A stretch of 63,862 nt of DNA, counting the filler, from Octopus bimaculoides (Eukaryota): the NCBI RefSeq assembly GCF_001194135.2. It is 5 parts of 5 records of this genome, joined end to end, with 100 filler letters (N's around TTAATTAATTAA, not from the genome) between each part and the next. Parts side by side here need not be neighbours in the genome. Positions count along the whole stretch, not along the records: positions 35,438 to 58,937 come from NC_068985.1; positions 59,038 to 62,512 come from NW_026340870.1; positions 62,613 to 63,862 come from NC_068988.1; 2 more parts are not named here. One strand, written 5' to 3'. Both the position numbers and the translations under genes were made by a program. Below, piece by piece: positions 51,310-62,751 of the stretch; within the stretch, counting starts at the first letter, position 1; each line of letters opens with the position of its first letter. The notes under the pieces were generated by a model, which was not told the origin of the DNA, ran no database searches, and was given only the letters and a program-made list of their open reading frames with translations.

Positions 51310-51817
51310 GGGGCAAGTGAAATCGAAATCATAATTGAACCATATTCGATGACTGGCACCTGTGCCAGTGGAGCACTAACAGCACTATCTGAGCATGATC
51401 ATTGCCAGAGCAGCTGTCTGGCTTCCGTGCTAGTGGCACGTAAATAGCACCATTTGAGCATGATCATTATCAGCATCGCCTTACTGGCACATGTGCCGGT
51501 GGCACGTTAGAAAATCATTCAAGCGAGGTTGTTGTCAGTGCCGCTGGACTGGCTCCTGTGCAGGTGGCATGTAAAAAATACCATTTTGAGCATGGCCGTT
51601 GCCAGTACCACCTGACTGGCCTTCGTGCGGGTGACACATAAAAGCACCCACTACACTCTCTGAGTAGTTGGCGTTAGGAAGGGCATCCAGCTGTAGAAAC
51701 TCTCACAGATCAGATTGGAGCCCGGAGCAGCCATCTGGTTCGCCAGTCCTCAGTCAAATTGTCCAACCCATGCTAGCATGGAAGGTGGACGTTAAACAAT
51801 GATGATGATGATGATGA
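51310..51817 (+). mobile_element. Family D with about 5 internal repeat units
   Basis: Repeated gtgccggtggcacgt..aa.cacc units, then ttggcgttaggaagggcatccagctgtagaaac and (GAT)n. Confidence 0.85.
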
Positions 51818-51949
51818 CACACATCAGTTCAATTTCACTCATTTACTTATTTATTTTTCCTAAACTTTTCATTGTATCTTGCAACCTTTTCAATAGTCAT
51901 TAACTCTGTCTGCTAGCTGAGCTGCATCTTTTTTGTTTGTTTTTGCACG

Positions 51950-52167
51950 TGTGTGGGTCAGTGTTTGTTCTCCCACCACTACTTGACAACTGGTGCTGGT
52001 GTGTTTATGTCCCTGTAACATAGCAGTTTTGCAATAGAGATGGATAGAAAAAATACTAGGCTTAAATAAAAATAAGTAGCAGGGTCGATTCATTCAACTA
52101 AAATTCATCAAGGTGTTGCCTCAGCATGACTGCAGTCTACTGACTGAAACAAGGAAAAGATAAAAGA

Positions 52168-52170
<3 letters not shown>
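51950..52170 (+). mobile_element. SINE family C 3' half
   Basis: tttgttctcccaccactacttgacaac...agggtcgattcattcaactaaa..cagcatgactgcagtc. Confidence 0.75.
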
Positions 52171-52213
<43 letters not shown>

Positions 52214-52704
52214 NNNNNNNNNNNNNNNNNNNNNNNNNNNNNNNNNNNNATATATATAAAAGAATAAAGGAACAAAGAATATATATATATATATACTTTG
52301 GTGCAAAGTTATATAAGTGACTCAAGGGTCAAGAGTTTCTTATATTTCCCTTATCAAACTTTGATGAGTACAATGTATGAAATTTTCAGCCTTTGGATTA
52401 CATAATTTACAACCGAATCATACATACAGACGTATAAGTGTGTGTGAGTGTGTGTGTATGTGTGTGTGTGTATGTGCGTGTGTGTATATGTGCGTGTGTG
52501 TGTATGTGCGTGTGTGTATATGTGCTCGTGTGTGTGTGTGTGTGTGTGTGCATTATATACATAATATATATTTTGGCTTACATAAATACATACATACAAA
52601 ACAAAAATACCCCGTTGTTGATGTTGAATCTAGGTTAGAAACCAGCTCTTTCTCTATTGGCAAGAGATCTTGAAATAGAACTGAACACATATATATATAT
52701 ATAT

Positions 52705-52990
52705 GCCTGTGTGGCAAGAATATTGGTTCCTAATCACATGGTTCCAGATTTAGTTCCAGTGCATGGCACCTTAGGCAAGTGTCTTCTATTATAGCCTTGG
52801 GCCAAACAAAGCCTTGTGAGTGGATTTGAGAGACAGAAACTGAAAGAATCCGATTGTGTGTGTGTGTATATATATAGCATATAAAAGAGGTAAGTTATCC
52901 TGGTGGATAACATATGTAGGTGAGAGATATATAAGCAGTAGAAAAGTTTTGGATGTGAATAAATCTTTACTTTCCTCTTTGTTACCAATG

Positions 52991-53056
<66 letters not shown>

Positions 53057-54180
53057 ACATGTGCAGGTGCATGTGTGTTTGTGTCTGTATTTGTCCTCAC
53101 CGTACCACATGACAACCAATGTTGTGTTTACGTCCCATAACTTAGAAGTTTGGCAAAAGAGTTCGATAGAATACATTGTCTGATCAATAAGTATCCGGAC
53201 TGTTGCCATAGTAATGAGGCTAAAGCATACAGAGTGAAGCTGCTTGGCACTGATTGACCTTGAACTCTGCTGTGCATGTGCACTAAGTTTTAGTGTTCTA
53301 GCTCACTTCCACTGTTTACAGCAGTGCTTGGAAGGAAGGTGTGTAGTGTGTGATCATTGCATTGACCACTACAGAGAAAGCCGAGCAGAGAATCTGCATC
53401 AAATTTTGCCAAAAGCTTGGTAATGCCTGCTCAGAGGCCTACACAAAGTTTTCAAAAAATGTTCATCGTTCTTGACGCACTCAAGGAAATCTTGTGCAAC
53501 TGAAACCCGGGTGTCTTTTTGGTTAGTTGAAAGCAGTTTTGGCACAAACTTGGCAAACACTTGTCTCATACCCAAATCTTTAGTGATAATGGACTGAACT
53601 GAACCGTAACTAATCTGCACATCCTCTGATAACTCATGGATGGTGATTCGAAGATTTCTCCTCAAAGCTGCATGCACATTTGTGAAGTTTTTCTCAGTTC
53701 TGCTGGTTGCAAGTCTCTCAGAACGTCAGTCACTTTCAACATTTTTTTGGCAATCTTAGAAACGTCTGAACCACTCATACACTTGTATGCAGCTCATACA
53801 CTTCTCTCCATACACTTTCTGCAGCTTTGTGTAGGTATCGCCATGACAACTTCTTCTGTCTTGGTCAATGCGATGATCATACGCTACACACCTTCCCTCC
53901 AAGCACTGCTGTAAACAGCAGAAGTGAGCTAGAACGTTAAAACTTAATGCACATGCATATCATAGGTCAAAGTCAACAAGTACTAAGCGGCTCCACTCTG
54001 CATGCTTTAACTTCGTTACTATGGCTGCAGTCCGGATACTTATTGATCAAACCCTGTAAGTACCAGGCTTCACAAAAATAAGTACTGGTGGGGTCAATTC
54101 AATCAACTAAACATTATTCAAAGCAGTGCCCCAGCATGGCCGCAGTTTACTGACTGATACTAGTAACAGATAAAAGATAT
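52705..54180 (+). mobile_element. SINE family C split by the mariner derivative
   Basis: Head and middle at 52705-53173 end in gatagaaTA. The sequence resumes as TAagtaccaggc at 54057 and runs to the tail. Confidence 0.85.
53174..54056. mobile_element. Mariner derivative made of two inverted 5' ends, inserted in a family C SINE
   Basis: TA TSD at 53172-53173 and 54057-54058. TIR core tgatcaataagtatccggactg. Arms are similar over about 200 bp. Minus-strand HTH fragment RRNLRITIHELSEDVQISYGSVQSIITKDLGMRQVFAKFVPKLLS. Plus-strand N-terminus TEKAEQRICIKFCQKLG. Confidence 0.85.
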
Positions 54181-54214
54181 ATACATACATATATATATAT
54201 ACATATACAAGAAT

Positions 54215-54517
54215 AAGGGCAGAGAATCGTCAATTAATAATAGAATTAATAATTAACAATTCTGCCAAGTAGTTCAGTATGAAAAAAACCTTTATCGGTA
54301 AAACTATTTATCATTATAAATATACAGGGATTAGCAATTGAGTTGCTTCTCCAACATACTGAAAATTTAGAAATAGCAGTCAAAGAACTACTGATTCCAA
54401 ACTACAAATTTTTCTCTAAAATGGATGGCGATATCTATGGCACACATAGAACAAAAAACGCTTTTCCCTCCGGGTTTTTTGTTCTATGTGTGCCATAGAT
54501 ATCGCCATCCATTTTAG
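54215..54517 (+). repeat. Unclassified dispersed repeat ending in a perfect 44-bp hairpin
   Basis: Arms at 54416-54459 / 54474-54517. Shares aaagaactactgatt..aactaca..tggcgatat..ggcacacatagaacaaaaa with 63745-63862. Confidence 0.7.
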
Positions 54518-54994
54518 NNNNNNNNNNNNNNNNNNNNNNNNNNNNNNNNNNNNNNNNNNNNNNNNNNNNNNNNNNNNNNNNNNNNNNNNNNNNNNNNNNN
54601 NNNNNNNNNNNNNNNNNNNNNNNNNNNNNNNNNNNNNNNNNTATATATATAAACAAATAGTAAATGAGTATATGCATATATACGTACAGGTATGTGCATA
54701 CCGACATCCACCTGTATGTATAGGTCCATATCTGGGTACAGGACATTGCAAACAAAACGTAGACGAGAAAACACACAAGCCACATAGAGAACATTATTCT
54801 ACTTCATCAATATACCAAATTTGAAAATTTTGACGTAATTTGAAAATCTTACAATATGTGACAGCAACAGGTAGAGAGACAGACAGTTATAGGATGTCTC
54901 ACACACACATACACACACACACATTTACAAACGTACACACAGGTAATCACGGGTTTAAAATTATGTATAGTAGACATGTATGTATGTACATATG

Positions 54995-55028
<34 letters not shown>

Positions 55029-55048
55029 TGTATGTATGTATATATGTA

Positions 55049-55079
<31 letters not shown>

Positions 55080-56677
55080 CTGTGTCTGTGTATGAGTGTT
55101 TCTTTGCCATGCACATCAGAAAAACTGCCTATTCCTTCTCTTCTTAAAGCTACTTATCCCTTACACCAGCCTTTCTGCGTGTGCGTGCATGCGCGCGCGC
55201 GCGTTTGTGTGTGTGTTTTGTATCTATGTATTTTCGAAAGTATGTATGCAGCGTCGCGTGTATATGGCAGCAGTGTTAACGTTATCAACCCATTATCACT
55301 GCTGTTCTCACCTTCACTGATATAAGTCACCCTCTCTCTGTTATTACCTTTCCATCAGACTAATATTTTTTGCCACCTTCTCATTTTATCATATAAGTCG
55401 CCCAACGCCCCTAGGGGCACATTATAGATGCATTTCCAGAGTATATAGAACATAGGAGGAAATACTAATAAGGTATGTATACTAAAATCGTGAAGCATGC
55501 TATGTGATAACAGGCTAATCAGATATGAGACAATAACAATTCAAAGTAAATAACTCTGAAAAGGGTTTTATGTGCATTCCCAGAGAATATTACCCTCAGG
55601 GGCGCTAGTGTTGGTATATTCGCGAATAAGTCACTAACTGAAATAAGTGGAATCATTGTTTAGGAGAATACTATTTAGTTGTTTAAGGGATGTACTGGAT
55701 AAATTGCGAAAACAATTCTAACAATTCAAATACTAAGACAAAAGCATACTCAATTTCATTTTTACCAAATAATTAAGGAAAATGAACAGGTTATTTACTT
55801 TGGCTATATATAAGGGGCGAATGGGTTATTTCCCTTGGATTTTAAATAAAATATATTAGATATATATAAGGATATATTTCAGGGGCTCTATTATTGATTT
55901 TTTTCAACAATCTGAGTATGCCATGAGGTTTCCAGACATGAGTTCTACTCACGTGTCAAATTTCATCAAAATCGATAAAACTATGTCGGAGGAGTTAGCT
56001 AACAACTCCACAAACACACCCACAGACAGAATTTCCNNNNNNNNNNNNNNNNNNNNNNNNNNNNNNNNNNNNNNNNNNNNNNNNNNNNNNNNNNNNNNNN
56101 NNNNNNNNNNNNNNNNNNNNNNNNNNNNNNNNNNNNNNNNNNNNNNNNNNNNNNNNNNNNNNNNNNNNNNNNNNNNNNNNNNNNNNNNNNNNNNNNNNNN
56201 NNNNNNNNNNNNNNNNNNNNNNNNNNNNNNNNNNNNNNNNNNNNNNNNNNNNNNNNNNNNNNNNNNNNNNNNNNNNNNNNNNNNNNNNNNNNNNNNNNNN
56301 NNNNNNNNNNNNNNNNNNNNNNNNNNNNNNNNNNNNNNNNNNNNNNNNNNNNNNNNNNNNNNNNNNNNNNNNNNNNNNNNNNNNNNNNNNNNNNNNNNNN
56401 NNNNNNNNNNNNNNNNNNNNNNNNNNNNNNNNNNNNNNNNNNNNNNNNNNNNNNNNNNNNNNNNNNNNNNNNNNNNNNNNNNNNNNNNNNNNNNNNNNNN
56501 NNNNNNNNNNNNNNNNNNNNNNNNNNNNNNNNNNNNNNNNNNNNNNNNNNNNNNNNNNNNNNNNNNNNNNNNNNNNNNNNNNNNNNNNNNNNNNNNNNNN
56601 NNNNNNNNNNNNNNNNNNNNNNNNNNNNNNNNNNNNNNNNNNNNNNNNNNNNNNNNNNNNNNNNNNNNNNNNNNNAC

Positions 56678-57036
56678 GTAAACGGACCCCTCCCCACCTT
56701 AAAAAAATTTCTTTTTTATTACGGAAACCCACGTTTTCGGCTATGGAAATTCCGATTCTGAAAAAATTTTCAAAAATCGCCTAAAAATTTACAAAGTTCA
56801 CCCCGCCACCATTCCCTTATTTTTATTTTTTCGAAATACGTAGAAAAATACGGAGAAAAAATTGTAAATTAAAAAAAAAAAATTACCTTCAACCCCTCCC
56901 GATTCTACGGCCTTGTCCACAAAGGCTATCCACAAAGAAAAAAATAATTCCCCTTTGTCACAGTATTTCCATAGAATTTCCATAGCCGAAAACGTGGGAT
57001 TCCGTAAAAAAACAGTGGGGGAGGGGTCCGTTTACC
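56678..57036. mobile_element. MITE with bipartite TIRs (GGTAA terminus, Merlin-like)
   Basis: gtaaacggacccctcccca ... acggaaacccacgttttcggctatggaaattc is mirrored by gaatttccatagccgaaaacgtgggattccgt ... ggggaggggtccgtttacc. The left flank is lost in a gap. Confidence 0.7.
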
Positions 57037-57515
57037 TCTCCGCCATGTGCTCCACGTACAATATACATATATTACAGTAAACGTGCTTTTGTTCGTGAAT
57101 CTATGGGCTGTCGTCCTTAGACATATGCAAGTGTTTAACTATTAAGACATCTGTCACGAGATTATATATTTAGTCATGTGAGATAGTGAAAGCGTGTATT
57201 AATTAACAAGTTCCGTGAGAAAAACTTTGAGAATTATAGAGATAAATAATTTACAGTATAAAAAAGTTCTGCCTGTTTATATATTAAAACACATTTTCGT
57301 CTCATGGAATATCATGCAATAATATTTTCCACCTACCATAAATAAATCTGGACATTTATACTTTAGTTAAAATATTTATTTTATTTAATGTGTTTCAGAA
57401 ATGATCCGACGAATACGTTTTAACATAGAAACTGAAAATATTTTATACTTCTATGATTGTACTAAAACACCTAAGACGTTTTCTCAGTTTCTTAAATAAT
57501 TTTCTTAATCTTTTT

Positions 57516-57656
57516 ACGGAGATGTACTTGCATAGCAAGTGACCTGATTTGAGATCGTGTGCTGGAACGAAAACAATTGCAAAAACCGTTAAGTGAATCT
57601 AACGGTTTTTGTGTGTTTTTTTAAATGGTTTATAAACACTTTCCACGCTGCAATTG
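57516..57656. mobile_element. Short retro-insertion with internal inversion and 16-bp TSD
   Basis: TTTTCTTAATCTTTTT at 57500-57515 and 57657-57672. Internal IRs aaaacaattgca/tgcaattgtttt and aaaaaccgtta/taacggttttt. Confidence 0.65.
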
Positions 57657-57702
57657 TTTTCTTAATCTTTTTTCTCAGATAATACAGTGTTCCACTATTT
57701 CA

Positions 57703-57761
<59 letters not shown>

Positions 57762-58315
57762 CACACACACACACACACCTATGTATGTATGAATGGATGG
57801 ATGGATGGATGGATGGATCGATGAATGTATATATATTAAAGCAAATACACACAAAAAAAACAAACAACTAAAAACAGAATAGTACAAGGGACATTCACAG
57901 TTAATTCTATTATGTTGATGCTCATAGAGGGAGTAAAAGTTATAGAAAATTTACGTTTCGAATATAGTTCTTCGTCGGATACTAGAGGCAAATTCAGGAA
58001 CGTCTGATTCCATATATNNNNNNNNNNNNNNNNNNNNNNNNNNNNNNNNNNNNNNNNNNNNNNNNNNNNNNNNNNNNNNNNNNNNNNNNNNNNNNNNNNN
58101 NNNNNNNNNNNNNNNNNNNNNNNNNNNNNNNNNNNNNNNNNNNNNNNNNNNNNNNNNNNNNNNNNNNNNNNNNNNNNNNNNNNNNNNNNNNNNNNNNNNN
58201 NNNNNNNNNNNNNNNNNNNNNNNNNNNNNNNNNNNNNNNNNNNNNNNNNNNNNNNNNNNNNNNNNNNNNNNNNNNNNNNNNNNNNNNNNNNNNNNNNNNN
58301 NNATATATATATATA

Positions 58316-58720
58316 TATTTAGAATAAGCAGAAAATGGAGAAAATTTTTGATCAACAAACAAGTTGACCACCATCGGTTAATTATTTTTTAATACAAAAA
58401 TTTAACATTGATTACAGCCGTTTCAGCTACCAATATCAGTCGGTGCCTCTAAAGAAAAATGAGGCCCTCTTCTTTCCTCTTCTATCCTCCTTTATTTTAT
58501 GTATTTGTATTCACTCTGATGAAGCTCCATGTACTAGATTAGATGTGCTATAAAGATGTCGAATATTATTCTCATAATTTTCTTTGGAGGCAATGACTGA
58601 CATTGGTAGCTGAAACGGCTGTAAGCAATGTTAAAGTTTTGTATTAAAAATAATTAATCGATGGTGGTCAATTTGTTTGTTGATTCAAAGTTTTCTCCAT
58701 TTTCTGCTTACTTTAAATTT
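58316..58720. mobile_element. Long inverted-repeat element, probable Penelope-like relic
   Basis: About 140-bp imperfect arms (58325-58463 / 58571-58710). CTGATGA at 58516 and GAAAC at 58612. Confidence 0.55.
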
Positions 58721-58884
58721 GTTTCCTGATAAACTCTTGTTTATTCTGTTATTACCTGTACCCTATGAGCATAGTGTGCTTGCATACCCATGCCCAGAGT
58801 TAACATAGGTACTTGATACCGGTAGTAAGAACGGATATTCTTATCCCTTAAATGGTTATTCCAACCGCTAACTCTGCTTACCTT

Positions 58885-58916
<32 letters not shown>

Positions 58917-58917
58917 T

Positions 58918-59037
58918 ATATATATATATATATATATNNNNNNNNNNNNNNNNNNNNNNNNNNNNNNNNNNNNNNNNNNNNTTAATTAATTAANNNNNNN
59001 NNNNNNNNNNNNNNNNNNNNNNNNNNNNNNNNNNNNN
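58918..59037. other. Artificial scaffold spacer
   Basis: TTAATTAATTAA at 58982-58993 inside N runs. Confidence 0.9.
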
Positions 59038-59068
59038 ATACACTCATACACACACACACACACACACA

Positions 59069-59126
59069 CGAGTGCGTGCTGATAAGTTTCTGGCTTTGAG
59101 TGAAAGAGAATACAGGAGGATCAGTT
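59069..59126 (+). mobile_element. Truncated end of the same MITE family
   Basis: gtgctgataagtttctggctttgagtgaaagagaatacaggaggatcagtt matches 36659-36708. Confidence 0.6.
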
Positions 59127-59470
59127 ACCACACAGCCATGCCTATGTGCATTGAAGTCTTGGCTGTGTGGTTAGGAAGCTTGTTTTGCCAGACACATGGT
59201 TCCGGGTTCAGTCTTCTGCTATAGCCTTGGGCTGACTGAAGCCATAGATTTACTTGCTCAGTACTGTCTTGGAACTAACCAGCAGCCAACAAACACTACA
59301 CCACCAGAGAGGCACAAGAATGGATGTGTGGTAAGAAGCTTGCTTCCCAACCACACAGTTCTGAGTTCAGTCCCACTGCATGGCACCTGGGGTAAGTATC
59401 TTCTACTATAGCCTCAAGCCAACCGATGCCTTGTAAGTGGATTTGGTAGACAGAAACTGAAAGAAGCCTG
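59125..59470 (+). mobile_element. Rearranged family C heads (two heads plus an inverted fragment)
   Basis: ggctgtgtggttaggaagc at about 59160 and tgtggtaagaagcttgc at about 59327, preceded by an inverted accacacagccatgcc. Confidence 0.7.
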
Positions 59471-60407
59471 TTATATGTCATCAACATTATCATTTAATGT
59501 CTGATGTCCATGCTATTGCTGCAGTTAATNNNNNNNNNNNNNNNNNNNNNNNNNNNNNNNNNNNNNNNNNNNNNNNNNNNNNNNNNNNNNNNNNNNNNNN
59601 NNNNNNNNNNNNNNNNNNNNNNNNNNNNNNNNNNNNNNNNNNNNNNNNNNNNNNNNNNNNNNNNNNNNNNNNNNNNNNNNNNNNNNNNNNNNNNNNNNNN
59701 NNNNNNNNNNNNNNNNNNNNNNNNNNNNNNNNNNNNNNNNNNNNNNNNNNNNNNNNNNNNNNNNNNNNNNNNNNNNNNNNNNNNNNNNNNNNNNNNNNNN
59801 NNNNNNNNNNNNNNNNNNNNNNNNNNNNNNNNNNNNNNNNNNNNNNNNNNNNNNNNNNNNNNNNNNNNNNNNNNNNNNNNNNNNNNNNNNNNNNNNNNNN
59901 NNNNNNNNNNNNNNNNNNNNNNNNNNNNNNNNNNNNNNNNNNNNNNNNNNNNNNNNNNNNNNNNNNNNNNNNNNNNNNNNNNNNNNNNNNNNNNNNNNNN
60001 NNNNNNNNNNNNNNNNNNNNNNNNNNNNNNNNNNNNNNNNNNNNNNNNNNNNNNNNNNNNNNNNNNNNNNNNNNNNNNNNNNNNNNNNNNNNNNNNNNNN
60101 NNNNNNNNNNNNNNNNNNNNNNNNNNNNNNNNNNNNNNNNNNNNNNNNNNNNNNNNNNNNNNNNNNNNNNNNNNNNNNNNNNNNNNNNNNNNNNNNNNNN
60201 NNNNNNNNNNNNNNNNNNNNNNNNNNNNNNNNNNNNNNNNNNNNNNNNNNNNNNNNNNNNNNNNNNNNNNNNNNNNNNNNNNNNNNNNNNNNNNNNNNNN
60301 NNNNNNNNNNNNNNNNNNNNNNNNNNNNNNNNNNNNNNNNNNNNNNNNNNNNNNNNNNNNNNNNNNNNNNNNNNNNNNNNNNNNNNNNNNNNNNNNNNNN
60401 NNNNNNA

Positions 60408-60690
60408 ACCACTCAGAGAGTGTAGTAGGTGCTTTTATGTGTCACCTGCACGAAGGCCAGTCAGGCGATACTGGCAACGGCCACGCTCGAAATGGTGTCT
60501 TTTATGTGCCACCCACACAAGTCAGTCCAGGGGCACTGGCAACGATCTCGCTCGAAAATCCTACGAAGGCCAGTCAGGTGGCACTGGCAACGGCCACGCT
60601 CAAAATGGTGCATCTTATGTGCCACCCGCACAAGAGCCAGTCCAAGGGCACTGGCAACGATCTTACTTGGCTTGCCGGGTCTTACATACA
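60408..60690 (-). mobile_element. Family D internal repeat region, truncated by a gap
   Basis: About 4 units of ggtg.cttttatgtgccacc..ca..agccagtc..ggcactggcaacg. Confidence 0.8.
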
Positions 60691-61064
60691 TATATTGTCT
60701 GCAGACAAGTGAATAGTTTAAAAAGCACATTGCATCACAGCGATGATGAAAGAAGGGCAGAATAATACAGAAGTGTGAGTTCATTAACAAAAGCGGTTAA
60801 GAGGATTAATAAAAATATTAATAACCACGACAGTGGAGGATGGTAAATATAATAAACAATTGTAACAGCAATGACAACAACAACAACATTCATAATGAGT
60901 TCAACAACAATGGCAAAGGCACTCGTGAATTGCAGGACAAAGATTCACGTGTGGTTATCACATAACACACACACACTAACACATATGTAGACAAAAGCAT
61001 ACATGCTTTTGCACAAGATTCCAAACACACACATGCAGATGCAGGCATGGATGTTTAGTTAATA

Positions 61065-61195
61065 AGAAGCTGGCAGAATCGTTAGCACACCGGGCGAAAT
61101 GCTTCGTGGTATTTCGTCTGCCGTTACGTTCTGAGTTCAAATTCCGCCGAGGTCGACTTTGCCTTTCATCCTTTCGGGGTCGATAAATTAAGTAC
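61065..61195 (+). mobile_element. SINE family A, truncated by a gap
   Basis: gctggcagaatcgttagcacaccgggcgaaatgc...ggggtcgataaattaagtac. Confidence 0.9.
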
Positions 61196-61882
61196 NNNNN
61201 NNNNNNNNNNNNNNNNNNNNNNNNNNNNNNNNNNNNNNNNNNNNNNNNNNNNNNNNNNNNNNNNNNNNNNNNNNNNNNNNNNNNNNNNNNNNNNNNNNNN
61301 NNNNNNNNNNNNNNNNNNNNNNNNNNNNNNNNNNNNNNNNNNNNNNNNNNNNNNNNNNNNNNNNNNNNNNNNNNNNNNNNNNNNNNNNNNNNNNNNNNNN
61401 NNNNNNNNNNNNNNNNNNNNNNNNNNNNNNNNNNNNNNNNNNNNNNNNNNNNNNNNNNNNNNNNNNNNNNNNNNNNNNNNNNNNNNNNNNNNNNNNNNNN
61501 NNNNNNNNNNNNNNNNNNNNNNNNNNNNNNNNNNNNNNNNNNNNNNNNNNNNNNNNNNNNNNNNNNNNNNNNNNNNNNNNNNNNNNNNNNNNNNNNNNNN
61601 NNNNNNNNNNNNNNNNNNNNNNNNNNNNNNNNNNNNNNNNNNNNNNNNNNNNNNNNNNNNNNNNNNNNNNNNNNNNNNNNNNNNNNNNNNNNNNNNNNNN
61701 NNNNNNNNNNNNNNNNNNNNNNNNNNNNNNNNNNNNNNNNNNNNNNNNNNNNNNNNNNNNNNNNNNNNNNNNNNNNNNNNNNNNNNNNNNNNNNNNNNNN
61801 NNNNNNNNNNNNNNNNNNNNNNNNNNNNNNNNNNNNNNNNNNNNNNNNNNNNNNNNNNNNNNNNNNNNNNNNNNNNNNNNNN

Positions 61883-62112
61883 GGGGGGGAACTCAGACAC
61901 AAAGACACACACACAAATATATATATATATATACATACATACATATGTATATACGACAGGCTTCTTTCAGTTTCTGTTTACCAAATCCACTCACAAGACT
62001 TTGGTTGGCCTGGGGCTATAGTAGAAAACACAAGGTGCCATGCAGTGTGATTGAACCCAGAAACATGTGGTTGGGAAGCCAGCTTCTTACCACATGGCCA
62101 CACCTGTGCCCA

Positions 62113-62144
<32 letters not shown>

Positions 62145-62310
62145 CATATATATGACAGGCTTCTTTCAGTTTCTGTCTACCAAATCCAATCGCAAAACTT
62201 TGGTCAGCCTGAGGCTATAGCAGAAAAACACTTGCCCAAGGTGCTACACAGTGGGACTGAACCTAAAAGCATGTGGTTGGGGAGCAAGCTTCTTACCACA
62301 CAGCCACGCT
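61883..62310 (-). mobile_element. SINE family C with tandemly repeated head
   Basis: Two heads (about 61945-62110 and 62150-62310), each followed by (TA)n. Confidence 0.8.
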
Positions 62311-62512
62311 ACACACTTTCCATTCATACTTGACCTCAGTCACATGATCAGCAGGGTCCAAAAAGGCTTCTATTGAAAATCTCTAATCAATAACAAGTGC
62401 TAGCACAGAAAGAAAAAAGACAACTGGTTATACAAGTCATGATTTACTGCCTGTACTTTCCAACACCAATACTGACCAGGCACACCGGTCAATCAGGCTA
62501 TTGTCCACTGCA

Positions 62513-62612
62513 NNNNNNNNNNNNNNNNNNNNNNNNNNNNNNNNNNNNNNNNNNNNTTAATTAATTAANNNNNNNNNNNNNNNNNNNNNNNNNNNNNNNN
62601 NNNNNNNNNNNN
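62513..62612. other. Artificial scaffold spacer
   Basis: TTAATTAATTAA at 62557-62568 with 44 N on each side. Confidence 0.9.
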
Positions 62613-62751
62613 ATATATATATATATACATTTACTACATATATTTATATAACATATAACAAGCAAACTATCATAGTAGCAAGTCACTATAAAATATGTAT
62701 GTAGTAGCTATACTGAATAGTAATGATTCTCACCACTTCCACATGACTGTT

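Noticed and set aside
51340-51650. CRISPR-like repeat array (also 45970 and 60410)
   Set aside because: The units are contiguous degenerate tandem repeats without unique spacers, inside a eukaryotic retroelement, with no cas genes.
54355-54385. ctgaaaatttagaaatagcagtc possible hammerhead
   Set aside because: The first core is not CUGANGA and there is no stem II.
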